A stretch of DNA of 64,000 nt from Clostridia bacterium (GCA_017456765.1 JAFTIR010000017.1:9248-73247), one strand, 5' to 3'; shown: positions 9,421 to 20,198, numbered from the stretch's first letter. Notes: generated by a model not told the origin, from the sequence alone. Made by a program: numbers and translations.

Positions 9421-9568
9421 TTGCATCCCCCTTTTTATATTACATACAATATAACACAAAAATTATATTTTTTCAATGCTAAATCTAAATATATTTTTAT
9501 CAAAAGTTGCGTTATTTTAATTTTGCGTGAACTGTCAGACCATACCCTGCACCCAACACAAGATAGAC

Positions 9569-9597
9569 TTGACAAATGCACATTTTCATGGTACAAT
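9569..9597 (+). promoter_or_regulatory. Sigma-A-type promoter for rpe
   Basis: TTGACA, 17 nt, TACAAT. Confidence 0.55.
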
Positions 9598-9637
9598 ACT
9601 ACTATATATTGATTATAACTAATATGAGGTATTTATC

Positions 9638-10282
9638 ATGATTAAGGTTTCACCATCCATGCTTGCATGTGATTTTACAAAGTATGGTGCAGAAATTGAA
9701 AAGATTACCAAAGCAGGTGCCGAATATGTACATCTTGATGTTATGGACGGAGTTTTTGTTCCCAACATCTCCTTCGGCATTCCCCTTGTTGAAGCGGCAA
9801 GAAAAGTGACGGAGGCAGTGCTTGATGTTCATCTTATGATTACAGAGCCAGAAAAGTACATCGAGCAGTTTGCAAAGGCAGGCGCTGACATTATTGTATT
9901 CCATTACGAGGCTACAAACAATCATCAGGAGGTAATTGACAAGATTCATTCTCTTGGCAAGAAGGCAGGTATGTCAATAAAGCCGGGAACTCCCACTTTT
10001 GTTCTCGAGCCTTTTATGAACAGTCTTGACCTTGTGCTTGTAATGTCGGTTGAACCCGGCTTTGGCGGTCAGAAGCTTATTCCCGAAACAATTGAAAAGG
10101 TTGCACAGGTTAAGGAAATGAGACAGGTTCTGGGTGCAGAGTTTGAAATTGAAATCGACGGCGGTCTGACAGCAGAAAACGCTCACCTTGCAAAGGATGC
10201 AGGGGTCGATGTTATCGTTGCAGGCTCGGCAGTATTCAAGGCTGAAAATCCCGCAGAAGTAATAGCAAAGCTCAAAGAGTGA
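9638..10282 (+). CDS. rpe: Ribulose-phosphate 3-epimerase
   Basis: The SPSMLACDF...HLDVMDGVFVPNISFG signature, and 214 aa in length. Confidence 0.93.
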   Translation: MIKVSPSMLACDFTKYGAEIEKITKAGAEYVHLDVMDGVFVPNISFGIPLVEAARKVTEAVLDVHLMITEPEKYIEQFAKAGADIIVFHYEATNNHQEVIDKIHSLGKKAGMSIKPGTPTFVLEPFMNSLDLVLVMSVEPGFGGQKLIPETIEKVAQVKEMRQVLGAEFEIEIDGGLTAENAHLAKDAGVDVIVAGSAVFKAENPAEVIAKLKE

Positions 10283-10381
10283 TTTTTTGGACAGTGAACC
10301 GGAATTTTCCATGCCGTATCTATTGAAAATACGCCTTGTTTATTATATAATAGGCATGTCGACAGAAAGGATTTGATTGAA

Positions 10382-11482
10382 ATGAAGAAAGCAGATATTA
10401 AAGATATAAAGGAAGCGCAGACAGACAAGCAGAAAGCGCTTTCCACCACCATTGCACAGATTGAAAAGAGCTACGGCAAGGGCTCAATTATGAAGCTTGG
10501 CGAAAACGCATCAATGAATGTTTCGGCAGTTTCAACAGGCTCTCTTTCCCTTGACCTTGCCCTTGGCATCGGCGGTGTTCCAAGAGGAAGAATTATCGAA
10601 ATCTATGGTCCTGAATCCTCAGGTAAGACGACGGTTGCACTCCACATTGTTGCAGAGGTACAGAAAATGGGTGGAGAGGCGGCATTTATTGACGCTGAGC
10701 ACGCACTTGACCCCGTTTACGCAAAGGCGCTCGGCGTTGACATTGACTCACTTCTCGTTTCCCAGCCCGACTACGGCGAACAGGCTCTTGAAATCACAGA
10801 AGCACTTGTACGCTCGGGTGCGGTTGAGGTAGTAGTTGTTGACTCTGTTGCGGCACTCGTTCCCAAGGCTGAAATCGACGGAGAAATGGGCGATGCACAC
10901 GTTGGTCTTCAGGCAAGACTTATGTCCCAGGCTCTGAGAAAGCTCTCGGGTGCCATTGCAAAGAGCAACTGTATTGTTATCTTCATAAACCAGCTTCGTC
11001 TTAAGGTCGGAGTTATGTACGGAAATCCCGAAACAACCTCAGGCGGTAACGCACTCAAGTATTACGCATCTGTTCGTCTTGACATAAGAAGAGTTGAAAC
11101 CATCAAGGACGGTGCTGAGGCTGCCGGCAACCACACAAGAGTAAAGGTTGTAAAGAACAAGGTTGCTCCCCCCTTCAAGACAGCAGAATTTGACATTCTC
11201 TACGGCAAGGGCATCTCAAAGGAAAGCGAGATTATCGACATTGCGGTAAATCTTGACATTATACAGAAGAGCGGCTCATGGTTCTACTACGGAGAGCAGA
11301 GACTTGCTCAAGGCAAAGACAATGTAAGAATTCTTCTTGACGAGAACAAGGAGCTTGCAGAGGAAATCGAAAAGCTTATCCGCGACAGACTTCAGAACGG
11401 AGTTGCTGCCGACGAAGCGCTGGGTTCTGAAGAAAATGTAACCGAATCGGGAATTCTTATTACAGAGGATTTTGACGAATAG
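10382..11482 (+). CDS. recA: Recombinase RecA
   Basis: Walker [10 protein letters not shown] and the [10 protein letters not shown] and IIFINQLR motifs. The ATG at 10382 is preferred over the TTG at 10373 on GAAAGGA RBS spacing. Confidence 0.95.
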   Translation: MKKADIKDIKEAQTDKQKALSTTIAQIEKSYGKGSIMKLGENASMNVSAVSTGSLSLDLALGIGGVPRGRIIEIYGPESSGKTTVALHIVAEVQKMGGEAAFIDAEHALDPVYAKALGVDIDSLLVSQPDYGEQALEITEALVRSGAVEVVVVDSVAALVPKAEIDGEMGDAHVGLQARLMSQALRKLSGAIAKSNCIVIFINQLRLKVGVMYGNPETTSGGNALKYYASVRLDIRRVETIKDGAEAAGNHTRVKVVKNKVAPPFKTAEFDILYGKGISKESEIIDIAVNLDIIQKSGSWFYYGEQRLAQGKDNVRILLDENKELAEEIEKLIRDRLQNGVAADEALGSEENVTESGILITEDFDE

Positions 11483-12135
11483 TGATTATAATTAAATCAT
11501 ACATATCAAAGGGTGGCTCAGAGGTCACCCTTGAATGTGAATATAAGGAAAAATACACAATCACCCTTGCAGATGCAAAAAGGCTTGGACTTTCTGAGCT
11601 TTCCGACGAAGATTTTCCCATAGACTTTGCAGACGACGAGCTTATTGAATTCTTATCGCAAAAGCTTAAGGCAATTAAGTACGCCACATATCTTCTGCAG
11701 TTTTCCGACAAAAGCGAAAGGGTACTTCGCCGTAAAATGCATGAAAAAGAGTATTCCGACGAAATCATAGACGAGGCTTTATCGGTACTTCGCGAGGGTG
11801 GCATTATAAGCGACGGAAATCTTTGTCTTAACAAGTATTTATCTATCGCAAACACAAAGCTCTACGGTCCTCACAGAATAAAGAGTGAGCTTTTCTCGAA
11901 GGGCTTTTCGTCAGAGGACATAAAGGCGGCAGAGGAAAGTGCAGGGCTCGATTTTTATGAGCTATGCCGCGAGCTTTGCGACAAGCTTCTTTGTTCGGGA
12001 AAGGTGAATCTTTCCGACAGGAAGGAAAGGGACAAATTCAAGGCAAAGCTGTCAAGATACGGCTACGGTTTTGAGACTGTTAATACCGTTCTGCAGGGCT
12101 TTGAATTTACAGATGATGACGAAACATATTTTTGA
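11482..12135 (+). CDS. recX: Regulatory protein RecX
   Basis: It lies immediately downstream of recA, with its GTG overlapping the recA TAG. It is 217 aa and helical-repeat-like, with segments typical of RecX. Confidence 0.75.
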   Translation: MIIIKSYISKGGSEVTLECEYKEKYTITLADAKRLGLSELSDEDFPIDFADDELIEFLSQKLKAIKYATYLLQFSDKSERVLRRKMHEKEYSDEIIDEALSVLREGGIISDGNLCLNKYLSIANTKLYGPHRIKSELFSKGFSSEDIKAAEESAGLDFYELCRELCDKLLCSGKVNLSDRKERDKFKAKLSRYGYGFETVNTVLQGFEFTDDDETYF

Positions 12136-12150
12136 AGGGAGGATGCCTGA

Positions 12151-12621
12151 ATGGAAATTTATATCTGGCTTGGTATTGCCATAATTTCCGTGCTTGTAGA
12201 AATATCCACAGCAGGTCTTGCAGCAATATGGTTTGCACCTGCGGCACTGTTATCGATGCTTCTTGCCATCTTTAATGTGCCCGTCTCTGTGCAAATACCC
12301 GTATTCATTATCGTTTCGGGACTGCTTATGCTCATTTTTTACAAGAAAATTAAAGAAAACATAGAAAAAGTATCAGAAAAAACCAATATCGATGCACTTA
12401 TTGGCAAGGAAGGGGTTGCGGAAGAAGATATTCTTCCCAGAAGCATCGGCAGAGTAAAGGTAGGGGGTATAAGCTGGGCAGCATATATCAGAAATGACTC
12501 TTTACCGGTTAAAAAAGGTGAATTTGTAAAAATAATTGCAATCGACGGCGTAAAGCTTGAAGTAGAAAAAATCGAAACTAAAGCAGAAGTTCTATCAAAC
12601 GAATATATCTGTGACAAATAA
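12151..12621 (+). CDS. NfeD family membrane protein
   Basis: Three N-terminal TM helices followed by a C-terminal OB-like soluble domain. It precedes an SPFH gene, the classic NfeD-SPFH pairing. Confidence 0.8.
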   Translation: MEIYIWLGIAIISVLVEISTAGLAAIWFAPAALLSMLLAIFNVPVSVQIPVFIIVSGLLMLIFYKKIKENIEKVSEKTNIDALIGKEGVAEEDILPRSIGRVKVGGISWAAYIRNDSLPVKKGEFVKIIAIDGVKLEVEKIETKAEVLSNEYICDK

Positions 12622-12640
12622 TATTTTTTGGAGGTAAATT

Positions 12641-13564
12641 ATGGAAATATTTCTCGTAATATTTGTAGTTATTATCGGCGTTATACTTGCAAACATCAAA
12701 ATTATCCCTCAGGCTAAGGCAGCGGTAGTTGAAAGACTTGGTGCATACAAGACAACCTGGAAGACGGGTGTTCACATCACCTTCCCCTTTATCGACAAGG
12801 TGGCTAAGGTTATTTCCTTAAAGGAACAGGTTGTAGACTTCCCTCCTCAGCCCGTTATCACAAGCGACAATGTCCACATGATGATTGACACTGTTATCTA
12901 TTACCAGATAGCCGACCCAAAGCTCTATGCCTACGGTGTAGAGAGCCCCATGCTTGCCATTGAAAACCTCACGGCAACAACCCTCAGAAACATCATAGGT
13001 GACCTTGAGCTTGACGGAACACTTACCTCACGCGATATTATCAACACCAAAATGCGCGCAATTCTTGACGAAGCAACAGACCCCTGGGGCATCAAAATCA
13101 ACAGAGTTGAGCTTAAAAATATCATGCCTCCCAAGGACATTCAGGATGCCATGGAAAAGCAGATGAGAGCGGAACGCGAACGAAGAGAAAAAATTCTTCA
13201 GGCAGAGGGTGAAAAAAAGTCCGCTATCCTTATTGCAGAGGGTAAAAAGGAATCAATGATTCTTGAAGCCGAGGCCGAAAAGCAAGCGGCAATCCTCAAA
13301 GCTGAGGCAATACGCGAAGCGAAAATAAGAGAAGCTGAGGGTGAAGCTGAGGCTATTCTCAAGGTTCAGAATGCTATTGCTGAGGGCTTGAAGCTCATAA
13401 GTGATGCAAACCCATCCGACAAGGCTGTTACTCTCAAAAGCTTTGAAGCACTCGAAAAGGTTGCCGACGGCAAAGCAACAAAGCTCATTATTCCTTCCGA
13501 ACTTCAGAATCTTTCGGCAATGGCAGCAACATTCAAGGAAGCTGCAAGCGATACAAAAGAATAA
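12641..13564 (+). CDS. SPFH/Band 7 (stomatin-like) family protein
   Basis: N-terminal TM anchor, PHB-domain motifs (TSDNVHMMIDTVIYYQI, TLRNIIG), and a C-terminal EA-rich coiled coil. Confidence 0.88.
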   Translation: MEIFLVIFVVIIGVILANIKIIPQAKAAVVERLGAYKTTWKTGVHITFPFIDKVAKVISLKEQVVDFPPQPVITSDNVHMMIDTVIYYQIADPKLYAYGVESPMLAIENLTATTLRNIIGDLELDGTLTSRDIINTKMRAILDEATDPWGIKINRVELKNIMPPKDIQDAMEKQMRAERERREKILQAEGEKKSAILIAEGKKESMILEAEAEKQAAILKAEAIREAKIREAEGEAEAILKVQNAIAEGLKLISDANPSDKAVTLKSFEALEKVADGKATKLIIPSELQNLSAMAATFKEAASDTKE

Positions 13565-13601
13565 TTTTCAAGAAATATTTCAAAAAAATTCTCAAAATGT
13601 C

Positions 13602-13630
13602 TTGTAATTTCAAAAACATTATGTTATAAT
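13602..13630 (+). promoter_or_regulatory. Sigma-A-type promoter for secG
   Basis: TTGTAA, 17 nt, then TATAAT with the extended TG in the form TGTTATAAT. Confidence 0.5.
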
Positions 13631-13687
13631 GTCTTGTGTTGTGTATAGATTACACGTTTTAAGAATTTTACATCGGAGGAATTTTAA

Positions 13688-14125
13688 ATGGCAACCACAA
13701 TAACAGTAATTGGTATTTTGTTGATAGTTATGGCGGTATTCCTTGTAATATCCGTTCTTATGCAAAGCAGTAAGGATCACAGACTCGGCGGCTCTATTGC
13801 AGGCGGTGCTGAAACATTCTTCGGTAAGACAAAGGGCAAGAGCCTGGACGCAATGTTCAACAAGCTCACAACAGTTGTTGCAATCATCTTTGTTGTTCTT
13901 GTAATCGTTCTTTACGTTATTCAGCCTGAACCCGAGCGTATTCAGTATAACAACCCCGGCGTTGTTTCCGTAGAAGATGATGCTGCAAGCGATGCAAACC
14001 TTGAAGCTGAAGCACCCGAGGCTGACGTTGAAGCTCCCGAAGCAGAAACCGAAGCAGAAGCTGAGGTTGAAGCTGAAGCAGAAGCTGAGGCTCCTGCAGA
14101 GGACGAGGTTGAAGCAGCTGAATAA
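13688..14125 (+). CDS. secG: Preprotein translocase subunit SecG with a long acidic C-terminal tail
   Basis: Two TM helices flank the LGGSIAGGAETFFG motif typical of SecG. The last ~55 aa are low-complexity (EAEAPEADVEAPEAETEAEAEVEAEAEAEAPAEDEVEAAE). Confidence 0.85.
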   Translation: MATTITVIGILLIVMAVFLVISVLMQSSKDHRLGGSIAGGAETFFGKTKGKSLDAMFNKLTTVVAIIFVVLVIVLYVIQPEPERIQYNNPGVVSVEDDAASDANLEAEAPEADVEAPEAETEAEAEVEAEAEAEAPAEDEVEAAE

Positions 14126-14306
14126 TATTGTAGCCTTACAGCTTTAGGCAAAGCTTGATGGCGAGGGACAATCAATGTTGCAAAGAATATATGTTTATCA
14201 TGTCGTTCTTCGCATCCGTCGGATTTTGTCATTATAGTTAATTCAATGATTACGGACGCGAGTTTTCTTGCGTCCGTAGCTATTTGTATAGGAGGAATTT
14301 TGAAAG

Positions 14307-16799
14307 GTGAAGCAAAAAAATATCGAAACCAATAAGTTTATTGGTTTTTTGTCCAAAATACGTCAATTTGTTTACACTTGTCTCGGAAAATTTGATAATC
14401 TTGTAAGTTCTTCGGTTCCGTCTTTCATTTTCTTATTGATATATTCAATTGTAATGAATATATTTCTTGAAGCGGCACTGAGAAGAAGTTTCCTCGAAGC
14501 CTTTGCATTGATTATCTCTGATCCAATCGTTTTCGGACTTAATACTTTAATAGTATTTGCATCTTTTTCACTTGTTTACATATTCCGGAGACGGACATTT
14601 GTATTTTCACTTATTTCGATTTGCTGGTACATAATTGTTTTTGTCAGCTACTATATGATGTGCCAGAGAACAACTCCGTTCAATGCTTCGGATTTCAGAG
14701 TTGTAAGATCAACATTTGAAATTATCGGCAATTACTTATCGGTACTCGAAATCATTCTCTATTGTTGTGTTTTTATTTTTGCAGTATTTATGTTATCCTT
14801 AATCTTCAGGAAATGCAAAAAGAGATCAACTAACTTAGCCTTATCAGCCTTCTTTCCCGTTGAGGTCTGGTCTTTGGTAATCATCTCCATCGTGCTGTAC
14901 ACAAATCTCGTTGTCAATTCCGCAAGATTTGACAACCTGCCAAACAAATACAGAGAACACGGATTTGCATTCTGCTTCCTTTACTCACTCGTTGACAACG
15001 GAATCGACAAGCCTCAGGGATATACTCCCCAGGTTTATAACGAATCAAAAAGTAAAGTTGACATGGCTGTTAAGGGTACGGAAAAGAAAAAGCCCGAGCT
15101 TGTAAAATCTTGTGCGGAGGAGCTTCTCCTTAATGATATTTACGAAAAAGTTGTCGAAAGCTACAACCAAATGCCCGAATATCTTTGCCTGGATTTTTCA
15201 CAGGAACAGGCTCAGGCAATAACATCCCACCTCGAGGATAAATTCGAAAAGTATGTTGAGGCATCCTCCTCGGATTCCTCATCTGTCAACGTTGACAACC
15301 CGGATGACACCAAAAAATTATATGAAAATGATATGCCTAACATCATTTTTCTCCAGCTTGAATCCTTCTATGATGTAACAAATATTGAAGGTTACGAGTA
15401 TTCATCACATCCTCATCCGATTTATTCAATGCTCAAAGAAAAGCTTCCCGGTGGTTTTCTGACTGTTCCCTCCATCGGTGCCGGAACTGCAAATACTGAG
15501 TTTGAAATTATAACCGGCATGGACGTTTCACTGTTTGGAATTGCAGAATATCCTTACCTGTCAGTGCTTCAGAATCAGACCTGCGAATCTATGGCATACA
15601 ACGCCAAAGACTATGGTTACAATACTCATGTAATTCACAACCACAAGGGCACGTTCTATGACAGAAATAAGGTGTTCCCGAATCTCGGATTTGATACCTT
15701 CTCCTCACTCGAGAACATTCCTGTAATAATCCGCAATCAGCGAAATTGGGGCAAAGATGCTATGCTTATTGATCCAATACTCGATACGCTGAAATCCACA
15801 GAAGGTCAGGACCTTATTTACACAATAAGTGTTCAGCCACACGGCAGATACCCAAGTCAGGAAGTATACGAAAGACATTTGATGGGACAGGAGCCGAGAG
15901 TTAAAGTTTCCGGAAATGATTTGAATCCCGAAAACCCCAGTTTTACATACTACGTAAATCAGCTTTCCGAAGTAGACACATTCATTGGAAATCTCATTCT
16001 CGAGCTTGGTTTTATTGATGAGCCAACAATCCTTGTATTCTACGGCGACCATCTCCCTGCATTCTCTGTACAGAAGTACTGGAAGCTCAAGGAGGGTAAC
16101 TGCTATCAGACAGACTACATGATATGGAACAATTGCGGAATAGATTTTTCAGATGCAAAAGACCTTACAACATATCAGTTATGCTCCTACATCTTCAGCA
16201 AGGTAGATATTGATAGCGGTGACGTAAACAAGCTCAACAGATTGTATCTTGAAAACAACACAGAAGACTATCATTATCTGCGCCACGTTTATCAGTATGC
16301 AATCTTTGAAGACAAATCTCTGAGAAACACCTCGTCCGAAATCGTCGTGCCTGATTATCAGAGGGTCAACACTCAGTACGGTATTCACAAAACACATCTT
16401 AGCGATATTTATACCATTGATGATACGACATACATTACCGGTTCTCGATTCAATGAATTTACAAAGGTAACAGTTAACGGGGATACTGTCTCTACAAAAA
16501 TTATTGACAGCAATACAATCTCAATTAGTCACAAACTTGAAGTCAATGACATTATTGGTACAAACCAAATTGCTGTAAATCAAGCAATACTCGGTGAAAG
16601 TGAAAACACAATCACCTATACTTCTTCAATGATAATCGACAAGAGCAGGCACGAGGAAGTTCTTGAAGCACTTCTTCCCCGCGAAGAAGAGTTGGAAAAT
16701 CCAAACGATGGAGTTATTGATGATGCAACTCTTGAATTTGTCACAGGTCAGGACGAAATGGACATGGTCCAACAGGATATAAACAAAGTATCTGAATAA
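14307..16799 (+). CDS. LTA synthase family protein (sulfatase-fold phosphoglycerol transferase) with a C-terminal extension
   Basis: Five N-terminal TM segments, then a sulfatase-like domain (NIIFLQLESF, GTANTEFE, YGDHLP). About 190 extra C-terminal residues look Ig/IPT-like. GTG start 11 nt after AGGAGG. Confidence 0.8.
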   Translation: MKQKNIETNKFIGFLSKIRQFVYTCLGKFDNLVSSSVPSFIFLLIYSIVMNIFLEAALRRSFLEAFALIISDPIVFGLNTLIVFASFSLVYIFRRRTFVFSLISICWYIIVFVSYYMMCQRTTPFNASDFRVVRSTFEIIGNYLSVLEIILYCCVFIFAVFMLSLIFRKCKKRSTNLALSAFFPVEVWSLVIISIVLYTNLVVNSARFDNLPNKYREHGFAFCFLYSLVDNGIDKPQGYTPQVYNESKSKVDMAVKGTEKKKPELVKSCAEELLLNDIYEKVVESYNQMPEYLCLDFSQEQAQAITSHLEDKFEKYVEASSSDSSSVNVDNPDDTKKLYENDMPNIIFLQLESFYDVTNIEGYEYSSHPHPIYSMLKEKLPGGFLTVPSIGAGTANTEFEIITGMDVSLFGIAEYPYLSVLQNQTCESMAYNAKDYGYNTHVIHNHKGTFYDRNKVFPNLGFDTFSSLENIPVIIRNQRNWGKDAMLIDPILDTLKSTEGQDLIYTISVQPHGRYPSQEVYERHLMGQEPRVKVSGNDLNPENPSFTYYVNQLSEVDTFIGNLILELGFIDEPTILVFYGDHLPAFSVQKYWKLKEGNCYQTDYMIWNNCGIDFSDAKDLTTYQLCSYIFSKVDIDSGDVNKLNRLYLENNTEDYHYLRHVYQYAIFEDKSLRNTSSEIVVPDYQRVNTQYGIHKTHLSDIYTIDDTTYITGSRFNEFTKVTVNGDTVSTKIIDSNTISISHKLEVNDIIGTNQIAVNQAILGESENTITYTSSMIIDKSRHEEVLEALLPREEELENPNDGVIDDATLEFVTGQDEMDMVQQDINKVSE

Positions 16800-16852
16800 C
16801 ATTTTGAGCCTCGGGTTACCCCGAGGCTCCACTATATTTTATCTACAAAAAA

Positions 16853-16880
16853 AGCACCGTGAAACACGGTGCTTTCTTTT
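16853..16880. terminator. Bidirectional terminator between the LTA synthase gene and ftsZ
   Basis: AGCACCGTG-AAA-CACGGTGCT flanked by an A-tract upstream and TTCTTTT downstream. A second hairpin, GAGCCTCGGG..CCCGAGGCTC, sits at 16806-16829. Confidence 0.7.
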
Positions 16881-16889
16881 ATTCATTCT

Positions 16890-18038
16890 TTAGAAGTTAA
16901 AGCGGTTATTTGTGCGTGGACGGGAAAAAATCTTGGAAATGTCCTCATCAATACCACCACTGCTATCAGAGCTTTCAGCTTCTGCTGCTTCTTCTGCCAC
17001 GGGCTTTTCAGCAGGTGCTTCATCAGCAGCCACAACCGGTGCAACGATAGGTCTTACAACTCTTGTTTCCATAGGCTTCTTTTCAGCTTCAAAGCCGGTT
17101 GCTACTACAGTTACCTTCATTTCATCCTCAAGGCTTGTATCAAATGCAGCACCCCAGATGATATTTGCTTCGGGGTTTGCTTCCTTACTGATGAGGTTTG
17201 CAGCATATTCAACTTCTTCAAGTCCGATGTCAGGGCTTGATGTGATGTTGATAATGATACCGCGTGCGCCTGTAATGGATGTTTCGAGAAGAGGGCTTGA
17301 AATTGCAGCCTTTGCAGCAAGCTCAGCCTTGTCCTTACCCTGTCCCATGCCAACGCCCATATGAGCAAGACCTGCTTCTCTCATTACTGTTCCAACGTCA
17401 TTGAAGTCGAGGTTGATGAAAGAAGTTACATTGATAAGCTCTGTAATGCTCTGTACGCCCTGACGAAGAACGTCATCGGCAATCTGGAAAGCATTTGCGA
17501 GTGTAATTCTTGTTTCGGAAACAAACTTTAATCTTTCATTGGGAATCATGATGATGGAGTCAACGCACTTTCTGAGGTTATCGATACCTGCTTCTGCCTG
17601 AGCCATCTTTCTGGGTCCTTCAAATGCAAAGGGCTTTGTTACAACGCCGATTGTAAGAATACCCATTTCCTTTGCAACCTTTGCGATTGCGGGAGCCGCA
17701 CCTGTACCTGTACCGCCTCCCATACCTGCGGTGATAAATACCATATCGGTATCAACAAGTGCTGCCTTAATATCGTCAATGTTTTCTTCAGCGGCTCTGA
17801 GACCTACTTCAGGATTTGCACCTGCGCCTCTGCCCTTTGTAACCTTTTCGCCGATAAGTATTTTTGTGGGAGCTGCGCAACGTAAAAGCGCCTGCTTGTC
17901 TGTGTTAACAGCTATAAATTCAACGCCCTTAACATCATTTTCTACCATTCTGTTTACAGCATTGTTTCCGCCGCCGCCAACACCAATAACCTTAATGACT
18001 GCGCCGAACTCATATCCTGTATCATAATCGTATGTCAT
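16890..18038 (-). CDS. ftsZ: Cell division protein FtsZ
   Basis: GVGGGGNNAVNRM and GGGTGTGAAP tubulin signatures, a disordered linker, and a C-terminal peptide DISKIF. Confidence 0.97.
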   Translation of the reverse strand: MTYDYDTGYEFGAVIKVIGVGGGGNNAVNRMVENDVKGVEFIAVNTDKQALLRCAAPTKILIGEKVTKGRGAGANPEVGLRAAEENIDDIKAALVDTDMVFITAGMGGGTGTGAAPAIAKVAKEMGILTIGVVTKPFAFEGPRKMAQAEAGIDNLRKCVDSIIMIPNERLKFVSETRITLANAFQIADDVLRQGVQSITELINVTSFINLDFNDVGTVMREAGLAHMGVGMGQGKDKAELAAKAAISSPLLETSITGARGIIINITSSPDIGLEEVEYAANLISKEANPEANIIWGAAFDTSLEDEMKVTVVATGFEAEKKPMETRVVRPIVAPVVAADEAPAEKPVAEEAAEAESSDSSGGIDEDISKIFSRPRTNNRFNF

Positions 18039-18166
18039 TTGATTTTCCTCCTATTTTAACAATCTTTATTAAGTACCATTCAATATAATAATCTCTTTTT
18101 GATTATTTTTCAATATTAAAATGTGTCGATTTGTGCAAATTAACACTTTATTTACTTTTAATGCTG

Positions 18167-18967
18167 TCAATTAAACTTTTTATATATTGCTTCTCTGTTA
18201 TCCTCGTCGCTTACGTCTATAGTTCCGCCTACAACATCACCTGTTCTGTCTTCAACTATTCTCTTCATAAACTCAATTTTTGTTCCGAGACTTCCGGAGT
18301 CGCCAAGCTTTACGACATACCTTGTGCCATAGGTTAATGAAATATTGAATTTGTCACTGACATTTATGCTTGTTATCTCGTTTTGCACGTCATTTTCCAA
18401 CAGCTTTTCTTCAAGCTCGTATATGATATTCTCTATATCTTCGGAAATTCCCATTTTTTCGCCGACAATACAGCTATGGATAGCTTTACATTCAAGGTGA
18501 ATCAAAGTATTAAGCTCAATTGTTTCGGAGCTGTCTGTTTTTTCAAGGACCTTCAGTTCATCCGAGAGTATATACAAATCATTATCGACAGAAACATAAT
18601 ATGTAGGTGCTTCAAGAACAGTTTTTGCAACAATCGTCGAGGGCCAGCGTCTTGACAGCTTGATTTCCTTTATATATGGAAGATTGTATTTCGCATTGCT
18701 TTGTGCCTCAGACAGGTCAAAATCATAAAGACCTATGCCCTTCTTTATTCCAAGACCTTCCAGCATTTGTTCTTGTGTATAGGGAAATTCTCCAACGAAA
18801 ACAACCTTGTCTGTATTATCTTTTATATCGACGGATTTTACAAAAAATAGTTTGGCAAAACAAAAATAAAGTCCCAGAATCAGAATTATAAGTACGGCAA
18901 GCAAGGCAATCACCAAATTCTTCTTGTTCTGCTTCTTTTTATTTTTAACTGTTGTGTCAAAATCCAT
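18167..18967 (-). CDS. ftsQ: FtsQ/DivIB-type cell division protein (POTRA domain)
   Basis: A basic N-terminus, a single TM helix and a POTRA-like region, in the dcw position between murG and ftsZ. The ATG at 18967 is preferred over the GTG at 18976 on RBS spacing. Confidence 0.75.
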   Translation of the reverse strand: MDFDTTVKNKKKQNKKNLVIALLAVLIILILGLYFCFAKLFFVKSVDIKDNTDKVVFVGEFPYTQEQMLEGLGIKKGIGLYDFDLSEAQSNAKYNLPYIKEIKLSRRWPSTIVAKTVLEAPTYYVSVDNDLYILSDELKVLEKTDSSETIELNTLIHLECKAIHSCIVGEKMGISEDIENIIYELEEKLLENDVQNEITSINVSDKFNISLTYGTRYVVKLGDSGSLGTKIEFMKRIVEDRTGDVVGGTIDVSDEDNREAIYKKFN

Positions 18968-18981
18968 CTTATGCACCTGCC

Positions 18982-20109
18982 TTATTTTACAAGTTTTGTG
19001 ATTATGCCGTACACCCTTTCAAGAGTATCGGTTACGGCAAATGCCCTCACGTTATTCTCGATTTCGCGGCGTTTTTCATCATTCTCAATCAGCTCTTTTA
19101 CTGTCCTTGTGAGAATTTCTCCGTTAAGATTTTTCTCTTCTATCATAAGCGCCGCATTTTTATCGCAAAGTACCTTTGCATTCTTATACTGATGATTGTT
19201 TGTAACGTACGGAGAGGGTATAATTACCGCCGCCTTGCCAAGCACCGCAAGCTCAGACATGGTCATGGCACCGGCTCTGCAGATTTCCACATCACACGCA
19301 GGCAAAAGCTCATGCATATTATATATGTATCTGCAGACAGTAACTTTTCCTTTAACAAGGGTATCGCTGTCAAGCTCGGCAAAGCCAAGTAAAAGATACT
19401 GCTCTTTCTGCTCCTGCCAACCTGCATTCCCCGTGGCGTGAATATGACGTATATTCTGCGGCAGGGTGTAATTCTTTATCAGCTCATAAACATTATCGTT
19501 AAGCGGCTTTGCGCCAAGGCTTCCGCCTGCAGAAAGCACCATTTTTTCATTTTCCGGAATGTCAAGGCTCTGTCTTGCCGCTTGCTTATTCGCACGCAGC
19601 ATCTTTTCAGAAACGGGAGAGCCTACACGAAATAGCTTTTCTTTATCACAGTCAAGATACTGCTTACTCTCCTCATATCCAAGCATTACGGCATCAACAT
19701 ACTTTGAAAGCATTCTTGTTGTCACGCCGGGAAAAGCATTTGATTCATGCACACAGGTAGGAATACCCATCTTTGACGCCGCTTTAAGCACAGGCCAGCA
19801 AACATATCCGCCTGTACCTATTACAATGTCGGGTTTAAAGGCTTTGATTATTTTTTTTGCTTCAATGACAGAAGTTACAGCCTTTACAGCCGCATCAAAA
19901 TTCGAGATTGAAAGACTTCTCTTAAAGCCCCTTACCTTTATAAAGTGAATCTTGAGCCCCGCCTTGGGAACGAGTGTTGCCTCAAGTCCCCTCTTTGTGC
20001 CGACATATTCTATAACAGAATCGCTGTTTTCTTTTCTTATTTTATCTGCTATGGCAAGTGCAGGATTTATATGACCACCCGTACCTCCACCACTTATAAG
20101 AACACGCAT
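18982..20109 (-). CDS. murG: UDP-N-acetylglucosamine--N-acetylmuramyl-(pentapeptide) pyrophosphoryl-undecaprenol GlcNAc transferase MurG
   Basis: GGGTGGHINPALA motif at the N-terminus. An AGGAGA RBS lies upstream of the ATG at 20109. The 14-codon extension in the ORF track is unlikely to be real. Confidence 0.92.
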   Translation of the reverse strand: MRVLISGGGTGGHINPALAIADKIRKENSDSVIEYVGTKRGLEATLVPKAGLKIHFIKVRGFKRSLSISNFDAAVKAVTSVIEAKKIIKAFKPDIVIGTGGYVCWPVLKAASKMGIPTCVHESNAFPGVTTRMLSKYVDAVMLGYEESKQYLDCDKEKLFRVGSPVSEKMLRANKQAARQSLDIPENEKMVLSAGGSLGAKPLNDNVYELIKNYTLPQNIRHIHATGNAGWQEQKEQYLLLGFAELDSDTLVKGKVTVCRYIYNMHELLPACDVEICRAGAMTMSELAVLGKAAVIIPSPYVTNNHQYKNAKVLCDKNAALMIEEKNLNGEILTRTVKELIENDEKRREIENNVRAFAVTDTLERVYGIITKLVK

Positions 20110-20198
20110 TTTACACCAATCTCCTGTCTGTGCAGATTTTAAGCTCTGCAATAATACAGCTATTTCCGTCTACACAAAAAGCGTGCAGACGGAAAGCT

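Noticed and set aside
10283-10381. A LexA/SOS box upstream of recA.
   Set aside because: The only GAAC-containing stretch (GAACCGGAATTTTC) does not fit the Firmicute GAAC-N4-GTTC consensus, so no call was made.
14158-14241. A 27-aa ORF (MARDNQCCKEYMFIMSFFASVGFCHYS) between secG and the LTA synthase gene, and the hairpin TACGGACGC..GCGTCCGTA at 14251-14278.
   Set aside because: The ORF has no convincing RBS and no supporting context. The hairpin lacks a T-tract, so it was left unannotated. It may be a weak secG terminator or a leader structure.
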